Program-made: the position numbers and the translations under genes
Notes under the pieces: generated by a model
Seen by the model: only the letters and a program-made list of their open reading frames with translations
Databases searched by the model: none
What the model was told of the DNA's origin: nothing
Origin: Antedon mediterranea
Lineage: Eukaryota > Animalia > Echinodermata
Direction of reading: 5' to 3'
NCBI RefSeq assembly: GCF_964355755.1
Contig: NC_092679.1
Span: forward strand, 2,324,201 to 2,388,200
DNA: 64,000 nt
Shown here: piece by piece, positions 51,275 through 64,000 of the stretch
Layout: each line of letters starts with the position of its first letter
How positions within the stretch are numbered: the first letter of the stretch is position 1

Positions 51275-54200
51275 ATGCCATCCAGAAGGTACAAAAAGAT
51301 CTCAGAGAGTGAAGCTGACATCCAAGATGCATCTGGTGTTGTCTCCAGAAAGGAAGACCCTAGTATAGCCAGGCTTCCTAGACTTGAGATATTAGTCTAT
51401 ACCGTTGTAGCTGTTATATGTTTTATATGTTATCCAATGTACAATGTTTATAAAGAAAGTCAAGGTAGGTATTTCGATATTTAGTGGTAGAATGACAAGG
51501 GTGGTTTTGGTGACAAGGAAGTTGGGGTTCAATGAATTAATTGCTTAAGATATTTCTTTAAAGATTAACCTTCTAACAGTAGATCAATGGCAAACATAAT
51601 ATTAAAATGCTCCAAGAAATAGTCCATTCTAAACTGCTCACATATTTGAAATATAAATGTAGTTATAATTCTTATTAATCTGATTTTAAACCATCTAAAT
51701 ACTCAAATCCCTGACGCAAAACTACAATTACAATCCTGTTGGTGCAGTACCCGCTGCTCACTTGGGCTCGAATCTAACCACTAGCCATCAGCGCAAGCTT
51801 GGTGGTCTCGAGGTATGAACGCCAGGCTAGTGATCTGGAGGTCATGGGTTCGAGTTCCACCCAGAACTACCTGCAAATTTTTTCGCAAGTATTCTCAAAT
51901 GTACTTACAAAAGAGTAGGGCAAAATATCTAATTAATTAATCTGATTTTTAATCATCTTTTTAGCATCTGCATTTAGATTTTATGGTGTTCTGGCTGATG
52001 GATATAACCTATTTGGTGGTTTGAAGGTACTGTATATAAAGTATTTGTCACCAAAAAAGGCTTTTAAAATAAAAATAACATTTTTACAGTTTCGTAGCCA
52101 CGAGAATTAAAGTGGTGCAGTTGTCGCAATAAATGTCTTTGCGTGCCTACAGGATTGTCAAAGGCGTATGTCAAAAAGTGGTTGAACCTTACTGTACCAA
52201 CCGTACTGTACCAACCGTACTGTACCAACCGTACTGTACCAACCGTACTGTACCAACCGTACTGTACCAACCGTACTGTACCAACCGTACTGTACCAACC
52301 GTACTGTACCAACCGTACTGTACCAACCGTACTGTACCAACCGTACTGTACCAACCGTACTGTACCAACCGTACTGTACCAACCGTACTGTACCAACCGT
52401 ACTGTACCAACCGTACTGTACCAACCGTACTGTACCAACCGTACTGTACCAACCGTACTGTACCAACCGTACTGTACCAACCGTACTGTACCAACCGTAC
52501 TGTACCAACCGTACTGTACCAACCGTACTGTACCAACCGTACTGTACCAACCGTACTGTACCAACCGTACTGTACCAACCTTACTGTACCAACCGTACTG
52601 TACCAACCGTACTGGTGGCTACGTCCCTCTTTTAGTCTAATTGTTCTTCATTTCACTTGTTTACTACAGAACATTTGTTTTTACAGGATGAGGGAGACTT
52701 CGAGTGGAACTTCTGGAGGGAACTTGTAACTGTACAAGCTGGTGTTATAGTATTTGTTTACATAGCAGTTGGACGGCTGGCAGAGACATTTTGTCCGGAG
52801 GTAATCAATTATTAAATTATTAATGCAAATATTAAAAGTGTTTTTTTATTTTTTATTTTATTCAATTTTCAGGCACAAAAATACATAACAAGAAAGCGGT
52901 GCAGCACCCTGAGGATTGCCATGAGTGCAAAGCACTATCGAGATGGCTCTCCATATACTGAACTTGAACATATAAACAATAAAAATACAATCATATAAAA
53001 ATTTAAAAATTGCGAAGCATCAAATTGAACAATCATTAAAATTGAATCTAAAAATATATATATATAAATATTATGTACAGATAAAAATGATTGTTTAAAG
53101 AGAAAAAAATAATAAAAAAGTTGCCTGACATAAGACCGGAGAGCTAGTGTCACAAATGTGTTAAAACTAAATAAAGAATGTTCTCTAATATAATTAGGAA
53201 TCTCCATACACGGGGAAAATTAGAATTGGTTCTGGCATATTTGTGTTTAAAAATAACTGATTCAGAATATCTTGGATTAAAATCAACAAAATCATGAATA
53301 TTAGGATCAATTTGACCATATAAACATTTCATAATAAAAGTATACCGTTGTCCCAAAGCTGGTTTTGGCTTAGATCATAAAGTAATTTTTTGAAATAATT
53401 TTCAAAAATATATTGATTTTAAATTCAGTTTCTCTGAGCAAAAACAAGACTTGATTAAACAATTTATAGAAAATGATTTCCCTTATTTGTTTTAGTGGCG
53501 GAATACTTTGCTGCTTGTGCTGTCATTGTCATCGGTCACGTTGCTGGCAACCTGGCGCTGTATGCTGGTGCTACTCTTAAATGCCGCTTTTATGTACTTT
53601 GCCTCCTTCAGCAAGAGGGCGCTAGTTGTCTGGGTTGCCGCACTTCTTCAACTATACTCCATTACAAATTCTTTTTTAATATTTTACTTGGTAAGTTTGA
53701 ACTTTCTGTATTATTTATAATTACTGCAGAAAACCAGGATAGTTATTGCAGTATCTAATAACAATTGAAGTTATTTCACCAAATGGCATTTAAAGATGTA
53801 CTGCAAAAACATGAAAAATGAAGATTAATTAAATCAGACTTTTAATAAAAAAATTATTTCACTTAAAAAAGGCAAAAGAAACAGTTAATTTTAACCAAAA
53901 ACCATTATCTGACAGACAATTTAAATATTTTTGATTTAAATTACATTTTTTTTAGGTAAAAAAATTATTTTTTTGGATCCAGTTTTTGGTAAAAGTGAAT
54001 AACTATTATGTGACAATAAAATGGCATATTCAACAAAAAAACCCTTAATATCTGAAGCAATGCATAATATAACAACAAATTTTGCTGCATTATAGTAATA
54101 TTACTGCAACAAACACCAACAAATTACTGCAGCAAACACCAGACATAATTTCTTAATCAGCAAAGAGCCTTGTAGAAGGATAAGCCGTTTTGTTTTTATA

Positions 54201-57200
54201 ATATTACTTTAACATGATTTCATGTAAATGAAAGTTGCTTCCTGGTGTATATTGAGTCCAATTTAACATTATTATCGCATAAGTGCTTTTATAAGTAATT
54301 ATTACCGCGCTATAATTACCCTTAACCTAAATAGATGACATCGTCCGCTTTTATGATATTAACGAAGATGAAGATTTTCCAGCTTATATATAATAAGCTG
54401 TACTGTAGTACCAAGGGGAAATTATGTATTGTAATGGTGTACTTTTACAATCCATAATCAACTATGTTTTTTCATGAAATGACGTTATAATACCAAGAAA
54501 AAAACATGACATCTATTAATGATTTATAATAATGTATGTAACTTAGACTTCCTGTCTATTGTAAATTTGATTCTCATTAAATTAATTTATATGCTAATGA
54601 ATTCATAGTTGAGCTGGTAAAATTGCTACATCATTTATGAAAGAAATTATCATTATCAAACCATAAAATATAGGATATTAATAATTCCAGTGCTTAGTTT
54701 TTTGTGTGTGTTTTTTTGTGCTTATTTTCACTGGATATAAATTACATTTACAATAATTTTGTTTCTTTCAGAACAATTTCATTGAGAATTCATTTGATTA
54801 TCATCTGACAATATTCTGCGTAGCTTTATGCAATCTCCGGTTCCTCAGTTTTTGTCTTGATTACTGCAGTAGTAAAAGTGAAGATACAACTAAATTCAGT
54901 CATAAAGATTTTCTACTTTATGTGTTTTATTTTCCTTTGTTTTTCTTTGGTCCTTTGATGATGTACAAAGATTTTCATCACCAGGTTTGTTTTTTGTTTA
55001 AACTTTCAATAAATGTTGTGGCTCTTAAAAGCTCTGTCTACACTATCAAACTAGTTTGACAAAAAATGTGATGTGCCTAATAACATCATCATGGCCAAAT
55101 CGCATTTATTTGGCACATAAAGTTTGATAGTGTAGACATAGTTTGAAGTATTCAAATGGTTTAAGAAAGATGGGCTATTTGGCAGTGGTTTGTACTTTAA
55201 ACTTTGTGACTTAAGCTCTGTCTACACTATCAAAGTTTATGTGAAAACAAAATGTTTGGGTGTTGGCATGGATGTCCGCTTCAATCTTTTCCATCTTTGG
55301 AAAAAAAAAAGAAGAAAAAAATGATTGCTTATGTAAATCTATGATGCGTTGTTGATCTGAATAATCTAGTGTGTCTGTAAAACAATTTTGATGATCATAA
55401 AAAAAATACTTTTACCTTGAATTAAAAAGTTGATGAGATCTGATTATGTCGCTATGCTACTTGAGTTCATTATCACGATTCTATCGTCGTTAGTACAAAA
55501 AAAAAAGCCATTTGATTATAATATTTCATTTTAATCAGCTCCAGAGTCAGAATGTTTTTTTTTTTTTAATCTTACAAAGTATTGTATATATAGTAATTTA
55601 GGGAAATATTTTAATGCAATCATCCCATTGTTACATCTATTCTGTCATATGTCAGGATTTTTCTAATGATAATTAATACAACTCCACTCCCAAAGACTTG
55701 TAATAAGTCTTTTTTTACGTAGAGCATCTATGTTTGTCACACGATTTCCACCTTTGAATTAATTTGCTTATGGTTATCCTTGGCAATTTTCCTAAATATA
55801 TATAAGAAAAATAAAAAACTTTTAAATAAATATTATTTATGATATAATGCATAAACAAACTGTTTTGCTGTTAGCAAGAAAATGCTGGAACCAAGCTCTG
55901 CTGTATTTTTATGATATAGTTTAGTTTCCAATAATATTATGCTAAACAAATGTCATATTGGCTTATGAATATTAATGAGTAAGTCTACATTATTATCTAT
56001 GACGTAATTCATAATAAATAACCTTCAAATGGATTGACATCACATTTTTGTTGTCATTATTCAGAAATTATTACAGACAAACTTCGTAGCGAAGGTTGCT
56101 TGATTAATTTATATTTTTGCTGGAGGCTATAAAACAATTTTATGATAATTTAATAACCTTTTTTTTATTATGATTATATATGTTTATGAATTGGCTAATA
56201 TTAGATAATCTTGATTAAAGTAATTGCTATCCTCAATTTATATTTGATATTATTGATTTCATAAGTGTAGAAGAGTATGAAGGCACAAAGGACAGAGTCC
56301 CCTTCATTCAATTTTTATTTCGGAATCTCTGGTCCATAGAAAGTAAAATAACAAAAAGTTAATCAAATTTATAAAAAATTTAATTTTTTTAATTTTAATC
56401 ATAATTAATCATCATGACCATTTATGGCACAAAAAATTCGAAATTTTTTTTTTACAGATTGAAAAGAAGTCCGAAAAATTATCTTCTTCCCAGATAGGAC
56501 AAGTTGTAAAAGATTTGGCTCGCTACATGTTATATATAATTTTTATAGAAATTGTGCTTCACTTCCTCTTCTTTGCTGCTTATCATCAAAGGGCCAACAT
56601 TCTGACCGGTCTTCCACTATGGGCGTTAGGCAAGTACATTTAATTTTTATTTTATTTATTTCAACAATGTTTTATGAGGGTGGTCCATCCAGCATCAGCT
56701 GATCATTAGGGACCCTCAAACAATACAAAGAGAAAATACAAAATAAACTATAAAAACACAAAATTAACAAAGATAAAAAAAATAAATATATATATATATA
56801 TATAAATAATCATCATCTATAAGATTAGAGGGTTTGTTACAAAGTGGGCGGAGCTTGCGTGTTGCATGTTAGGAAATATCATTATTAACGTTTATGTGCT
56901 CCTGCTAAAACTCCCTAATGACTGAAAGGGAATACCTATTTGGTCAGTTATGGAGAGATATGGCCGTGGTGGAACCAGGTATAGGGAAAAGAGGAACTTA
57001 ATTGCCATTAATTCATCAGCCATATCTCTGCTATCCAATATGATAGCTAATTGTAGCACAGTGTAACAACAACAAACAAATTATTTACTTGAAAAAAATT
57101 GTAATTTAAAGCAAAAAATTGGCTGTCAGCCAATGGGTTATTTGGTGAATTTAACCGTTTATTTTGTCACTAAAAACATTATTGTTTTTTTTCTACGGAA

Positions 57201-59152
57201 GTGATTTTAAACTTTGTTAAAACTACAAAATAGCCTATTTAAAGTCTGATTTTATTCTTCATTTTTCATATTTTTGGGGACAATACATCTTTAAGTCCCT
57301 GGAAATTTTATTTTGTTTCTTCTCTTACAGCTGGCAATGCACTGTGCCATCTGATTTTCTTCCAGTTAAAGTATCAAGTCATGTTTGGTATTCCAAATGC
57401 GGTAGCCATGTTGGACCGAGTGGACACCTTCAAGCCACCGGTTTGCATCTTCTCCATATATACGTTTGCAGACATGTGGAGGTATAGTACTGGAAACTTT
57501 TGCTTTCTTTCTTATGCTCACTAAAGCTTTATCTACACATTTTTTTGTCGAACTAGTTTTATAGTGTAGACGAGCTTAAAGCTTGGTTCCCACTAGAACG
57601 TAACGCAAGGACGTAAACGCAACGCAAGCGTTTTAACCAATGACAAGCGAAGTTATAGACAGTTAGCAATCACAAGCGAATAAGCCATCGCTTGTGATTG
57701 TTCAATTCACTTGCGTTGCGTTACGTCCTTGCGTCGCGTCGCTAGTGGGAACCACGCTTAAGAGTGGAGGTGTTTCCCCCTGTAATCTGTAAGGCTGTAA
57801 AACCGTGTTTTATAGCCTCTAAATATATATGTCTTAAAGTCTACACTATCAAACCAGTTTGACAAAAAAAGTGTGATGTGCCCAAATATTGTAGTGATAT
57901 GCTTAAATATGGTAGTGATATGACATCATCATATTGGCACATCACATTTTTATGTCGCATAAAGTTTGTTAGTGTAGAGCTTAAAGCTATAATTACTAAA
58001 TGTTCACATTTTTGTATGATATGATTCTTTTTGTATAAGCAACAGTCAACATGTACCAGACTGGATAATGCATAGTGCTACTTATTGAGATGTTTTCTAT
58101 AAGATCATTGTTGTATATAATTATAAAGTGATCATTCGTTAAATTTAAATTGATATTTTGTATTTCCTTAATTGTAATGTAAGAATATTCTCAATAGTAA
58201 GACTTAGAGCTTGGTAATTCATCACTGCTTCATTGAATATTTTTGTAGAAGCTTTTAAAAAATGCAAAAACTGTCGTAACTAAGCAACCAAACACAAATG
58301 GTAACTATTAGTAACCATATACATAATGAAAACATCTTATCTTATGTTGTTATTACATTATTATGCTGACTTAATATTGTAAAATAATGCTTAAAATTTA
58401 AATTCAAGCCAACTTATAATTATATGTGTTTTTAAAGCTTGGTTCCCACTAGAACGTAACGCAAGGACGTAAACGCAACGCAAGCGTTTTAACCAATGAC
58501 AAGCGAAGTTATAGACAGTCAGCAATCACAAGCGAATAAACCATCGCTTGAGATTGGTCAATTCACTTGCGCTGCGTTACGTCCTTGCGTTGCGTCGCTA
58601 GTGGGAACCACGCTTTAGTATGGTGTAATGCCTACACCAAATCTTCGCATCATTTTATACTAGAGCCTGTATTTAATAAATAAAGAATGGGCTTATGGAT
58701 TGTTAAGAGATGGGCTTATATTTGAATCTGTATGTATGCAACTCCTATTCAAGTAATGAGCATGGGCTTACATTTGAATCTGTATGTATGCAACTCCTGC
58801 TCAAGTATTTGAGCATTGGGCTTACATTTGAATCTGTATGTATACTCATGTTCAAGTGAGCATTAGGCTTACATTTGAATCTGTATGTATGCAACTCCTG
58901 TTCAAGTAACGAGCATAGGCTTACATTTGAATCTGTATGTATGCAACTCCTGCTCAAGTAATGAGCATTGGGCTTACATTTGAATCTGTATGTACTGTAT
59001 GTAACTCCTGTTCAAGTATTGAGCATTGGGCTTACATTTAAGTCTGTATGTATATACAGTATTGGATTATTTAGTGTATATATAACAATAATTGATTATT
59101 ATCACTTTCTCTACAGGTATTTTGATCGAGGTCTGCACTCAATTCTTCTTAA
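51275..59152 (+). CDS. Hedgehog acyltransferase-like MBOAT, copy 2; first eight coding exons only
   Basis: Exons 51275-51464, 51965-52026, 52687-52800, 53496-53690, 54772-54984, 56458-56629 (GC donor), 57331-57481, 59117-59152; same intron positions and phases as copy 1; LPRLE, DFEWNFW, YVFYFPLFFFGP, MWRYFDRGLH. Confidence 0.85.
52189..52614. repeat. 14-bp minisatellite (CCGTACTGTACCAA)n, ~30 near-perfect copies
   Basis: Directly visible; explains five overlapping repetitive ORFs. Confidence 0.95.
52860..53350 (-). mobile_element. 3' fragment of a CR1-like LINE
   Basis: Degenerate KCLYGQID...KYARTN...FPRV..EIPNYIR C-terminal ORF2 motifs, GC-richer 3' UTR stem and A-rich tail. Confidence 0.55.
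57580..57758. mobile_element. Harbinger-like MITE family B, copy 1
   Basis: Ends AGCTTGGTTCCCACTAG / CTAGTGGGAACCACGCT, TSD TAA; nearly identical to 58436-58614. Confidence 0.85.
58436..58614. mobile_element. Harbinger-like MITE family B, copy 2
   Basis: Same 179-bp sequence with a few substitutions, flanks TAA/TTA. Confidence 0.85.
58710..59055. repeat. ~52-bp minisatellite, about seven copies
   Basis: GGGCTTACATTTGAATCTGTATGTATGCAACTCCTGTTCAAGTAATGAGCAT units. Confidence 0.9.
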
Positions 59153-59367
59153 GTAAGTAAACCATTATCACTAATTAATTACTGTTTGTCTAAAGACAAC
59201 CTCTAATTAACTAACACTTTCCTCTACTGCAACAGATTAAACAATACAATTAATTACATTGGTTGTAATTAAACTAAAAAGCTACTCCATTATTATATCG
59301 ATATTCCTATATTATTTATAGATCATATTTTTTCTTAATATAAGCTCTGACAACAAAAATTTGATGT

Positions 59368-59721
59368 GCCCAAATATGGTAGTGATATTCCGAAATATGG
59401 TAGTGATATTCCGAAATATGGTAGTTATATTCCCAATATGGTAGTTATATTCCCAAATATGGTAGTGATATTCCCAATATGGTAGTGATATTCCCAATAT
59501 GGTAGTTATATTCCCAAATATGGTAGTTATATTCCCAAATATGGTAGTGATATTCCGAAATATGGTAGTTATATTCCAAAATACAGTAGTGATATTCCCA
59601 AATATGGTAGTTATATTCCCAAATATGGTAGTTATATTCCAAAATACAGTAGTGATATTCCCAAATATGGTAGTTATATTCCCAAATATGGTAGTTATAT
59701 TCCCAAATATGGTAGTGATAT
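59368..59721. repeat. 21-22-bp minisatellite (CCCAAATATGGTAGTkATATT)n expanded within MITE family A
   Basis: Unit equals the internal direct repeat of MITE A; flanked by MITE A sequence on both sides. Confidence 0.9.
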
Positions 59722-61064
59722 GACATCATCATTATTAGATTATTGTATCATGTCATTGTGTTTTTCATTATTTTACCATACTCATCTAAACAACGTCATA
59801 ATTTATGTTGAAACAAAATAAATAAATTTAAAAAATAGATTTTTAAAGAGATATTTTAGTATAAATCAACAAATTTTGTCATTTTGACAACTATCATGAA
59901 CAATATTATTACAATAATTTTCTATACGAAAAATCAGAACATGATATCGTACAATATATATGCTGTGATCATGTGACCAATTCTTGAAGTTAAAAAAAAT
60001 ACGTACAAGGTTGACAGATTTTAAAAATAATATTGTTTTAGCATCAAATAAACTACTAAAAAAACTCACCTGAAATACAATTTTTTTTTGCTGTAGACCA
60101 TTTAATGAATTTAAAAATAAAAAATCTTTAAAACAACATTGTAATATTGTTCTTTACACTTACGCAATCGTTGAATTGAAAGCTATATATTATTGTTTCA
60201 ATGACACTTGTGTTCATTAGGTTTGATAATGCGTACCTAAATAGTTGTTTGTTTATTCGAATATTATCTAGAATCGTTACGAGGTGTTTAGAAAAAATGT
60301 TATCCTAGATGCATTATTATGAAATTCTAATTATTAGAAAAGCATTCAACTCCATTCAGTTTTCGTTGTCTGAAAAAGAAATTAGGGACTTTAGCGTAAA
60401 ATCTATACAGTCGACATAGCAGTTTTATTAGCTGTTACTCACCCTTGTTCGAAAATGACAACGACGCAGTACCTCTCTCCCTCCTCTGTCTTGCGGCGCT
60501 GGGCCCTTCTGGGTCGCTTGGCTCTTGTGATAGTGTAGGCCTTCCTAGCTAGGGGCCTCGCATTTAAACGCCGCCCCAAATGTATTGCTTAAATAATTAA
60601 ATTAGAAGGTTGAAATATTATTTAGAGTTTTGAAAATTCCATGTTTAAATGTAATTTGTACTGTATATTTAAGGTCATATGTACATTATTTCTAGTTGTT
60701 CTCTAATTTCTAGAGAATAATCAAAAAGAAAAAACCATATTTGGTTTGCAGGAATTAAGAATCCTATTTTTCTGAGTATTTTTAGTTTTTTCTGTTTTTT
60801 TAAGGACTTTGAAACTGAAATTTAATCATTAACAAAATTTGCGTGGGTGATCATATTTTTTAATTTTCTCTTCCATTGTCAGTCTTCTCGTGAATTCAAA
60901 TAATGAGTTATTGGATAAAGCCTAGCTTGTTTCTATTGTATGTTGTGTTGAAGAAGATAATGATGTTACAACAAGGTCAAAATATTTTACAATAAGTCGT
61001 AAATTGATATATAAATATTCCAACAGCACTAATTGGAATATCAATCGACATCAATATCCCACCC

Positions 61065-61530
61065 AAATCATAGTATTTTAGGTTGCTCAACAGTTCTACA
61101 GGTCTACTCATTTGAAATTCAACCCTACTCAAATTGACCCTACTAAATTTTACTCTACTCGACCCTTCTCAACTCGACCCTACTCAGCTCGACCCTACTC
61201 AGCTCGACCCTATTCCAACCCAACTTAAATCATAGTATTCTAGGTTGCTCAACAGTTCTACAGGGTTACTCATTTGAAATTCAACCCCTACTCAACTCGT
61301 TCCTACTCAATTTTACTCTACTCAACTCGACCCTACTCCACTTGATCCTACTGAACTCAACCCCTACTCAACTCGACCGTACTTAGCTCGACCCTATCCA
61401 ACTTGACCACTACTCAACTTGACCCCTATTCAACTCTACCCATACTCAACTCTACCCATACTCAACTCCACCCCTACTCAACCCGACTCCTACTCAACTC
61501 AACCCCTACTCAACTCAACCCCACTACAGT
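61065..61530. repeat. Compound pentamer repeat (CTCAA/CTCGA/CCCTA) with a ~160-bp duplication
   Basis: AAATCATAGTATTyTAGGTTGCTCAACAGTTCTACAGG at ~61066 and ~61227 each followed by CCCTACTCAACTCGA-type repeats. Confidence 0.8.
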
Positions 61531-63286
61531 ATATAAACCATAGTATAGCTAGGTTCTTAAAATAATACAGATAGTAAGTGTTCCCATCTCCATGGCAATG
61601 ACACGGTGACACTATACACAAAAGTTACCCTAATCAATATTTGTTATTTATAAAAGTTATTTTTTTTAATTATATTTTTTTTATATTATATTTTTTATTA
61701 TCTCTCATAAACAATGTAGTAAATAATAATTGCCTGACATTCAAGTGAGTACATAGTAGCCTTCAAGAGAATGGTATTCACAAGAAATTATTAGCATTTG
61801 CAAAAATATGAGGCAAAAATTAGTAATGTTTTGAAATTGAATCAATTGAGAAAATCAAACGCTTTTTTTTCGTGCCCTTGAAGTAAATTGTGGAAAGTAA
61901 CATGATACAGTACTATAAAAATATCAGATTGTTATTAGATGTTAGCATTTTAAGTTTTAATGTATCCACCTACACATCCACTATTAACCTTCTCCTCCCC
62001 CTTTTTTCTCCCACTTCCTCCCCCCCCCCCCTTTCCTCCACCCCCTTTTTCTTTCTGACAATAGTAGCCTATAAACAAGTAGCCTATATAAACATATATA
62101 TAGTATAAACACTATATACCTGTCTGCACTTTTAATTATATAACAAATTAAAATGGGTATTGATTTTTCATAGCATATAAAGTGCATTGTTCCTCACCAT
62201 TTGTGTTTTACACATCTTCATAAAACTTACCACTTTCTGTCGTAACTAACGCACAATAGATACAAACACATGAGATGATTTTTAATATTTATATCATACA
62301 TCATCCTCCTGGTAATTGCAATATAGCCTGTACATTGTACTACTTTTAACAAGTCAAACTTTATGAATACTAATAATACTACAGTACTTTTATATTTATC
62401 TAGGCTCATACTGTTTACATACCATTATGTTTACATTTCTGCAATTACTGCAGTACCCTACTACTTACATTCTTTATAAAGACCTAGGCCTATTTAAAAC
62501 AAGGATAAAATATTTTATAAGACCTGTTTCACATTATTATGGTCCTGTTTAAACTATGCTTAATGTTGCAACAAAATAAGGATGAACTGACCATGAAATA
62601 ATTTTTGGAAAGGATCAAATGACTAGCTTGATTAGCAAGTTTAAATGAAATAAATGTGAGTGTAGTTGAACGGTAATGGTCACTTATAACATGCTAATGA
62701 TTCCTGCACAGAAATACTCATAGATTACAATGAACAACCCTTTTGTGGAAACGTGAAGTTTTAAAAAGTCATTAATTAATTCGTAACTGCACCTACAAAC
62801 GTTTCATCGACAAAAACATGCTTATGATTGATTTTTCATTAACTGTTTGCAGTCGCCATCGGCGTTTGACCCAGTTAAAAAGAGCGTAACGATACTGGGT
62901 CATTGATCAAAAAGTGTTAAGATGCTGAGGAGGTTAAGTTGTATTAGAGAATAACACTTAACTAATGGAAAATTACTTTTTGATATAATGATTAAATTTA
63001 GATTAATTTGTAATAATTTGAGATTTAGTAGTTTTGTCAGAAGTTAATTAACCAATTCCCTGGGTGGAGGTACTCAAATATGAAGCATAACATTATCACT
63101 AGTTTTTTCTTTATACTGATTACCTCTTCTTAAAACTGTTCTCCCATACGGCCCAGTACAGGACCATAATCAGCAGAATTTTTCGACTTTATTATGCACA
63201 TGTGCATTGTATGTTCAGGTGACCAATGGCTTTACATCCCCGCCCAAAGGACGAGGCAGGCAGTGAGAGTAAAGCATCTTGCCTAA

Positions 63287-63965
63287 AGCCTGTTTTCCTG
63301 TCGACGTTGAAATACGTTGAGTTGCGTTGAGTTTAAAATCGTTAAAGTTGAAAATAAAATAACGATGACGATGATCGAGTCGGACCGCTAATATTTACAC
63401 ATTTTTACGCGATCGTTTATAGCTAGTTTCTTGGTTCTCTCGAGCGTTGCTGGGACACGCGGACGTGAAGTGTTGCAAAACTAAGGCCGGCCACGCGCAG
63501 CCGGGACCGCGTGAAAATTGAAAAAGTTACGGGTTTTGATGCTTAAACCCAGCCTAGGACATGCTTTCGTTGATATCTTAATATAGGCTTACACTAAAGA
63601 CAAACATTAAATTTAATTGGTTTAATATTATAATTTAATTTAACTTACACTTGTTTTTTTTAAATATCAGACCTTAAAAGTGTACAAAAAAGGTGAAAAA
63701 CATCGTCGCGTTGTAAACATTCAAGAATTGTCAGCGCGTACCTATTTTTTCACAAACTGCAATGACGTAATTTGTGGACCATTTGATTGGTCAGTTTTAA
63801 CGATCGTAACGATCGTAATCGTTAAAGTTGAACCGAGTTCAACTTTAACGATTTAAGATTTTAACGATTTTCAACGTTAATTTTTACCCCCTTTTCCTGT
63901 TAAATCGTTGAATATGTCAACTCAACGCAACTCAACGTAACTTAACGTCGACAGGAAAACAGGCT
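63287..63965. mobile_element. Harbinger-like MITE inserted into a SINE remnant
   Basis: TIR AGCCTGTTTTCCTGTCGACGTT, perfect TAA TSD; flanks rejoin to ATCTTGCCTAAAGATACA, matching the SINE core seen at 6850-6870 in reverse. Confidence 0.85.
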
Positions 63966-64000
63966 TAAAGATACAAGCCATATGGCACAGACAGGTCTTG

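Noticed and set aside
52064-52729. Long repetitive ORFs (VQYGWYSTVGTVRL)n and CRISPR-like regularity
   Set aside because: Translation of a 14-bp minisatellite; no unique spacers, no cas genes, eukaryotic intron
59312-59732. His/Tyr/Trp-rich repetitive ORFs
   Set aside because: Minisatellite inside MITE family A

Overview
AT-rich eukaryotic (invertebrate animal, probably deuterostome; inference) genomic DNA with spliced genes and many short transposons. By manual exon reconstruction the window holds: the 3' five coding exons of GALNT2 (+); a complete TRAF2/3/5-type gene (-) with NF-kB sites at its 5' end; a 4-exon gene for a ~154-aa signal-peptide-bearing orphan protein not evident from the ORF track (+); FBXO28 (+); a compact ETAA1-like gene (-); and two diverged tandem HHAT-like MBOAT genes (+; the second incomplete in the window). 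Non-coding DNA is filled with PIF/Harbinger-, Kolobok-, pogo- and Ginger-like MITEs, Helentron-type (HINE) elements, tRNA-derived SINEs, LINE 3' fragments and TE-derived minisatellites. Most notable are the orphan secreted protein gene, a HINE carrying two tRNA-Val copies nested in a Ginger-like element, and a hammerhead-ribozyme core in an FBXO28 intron. All homology calls are from remembered motifs, not database searches.
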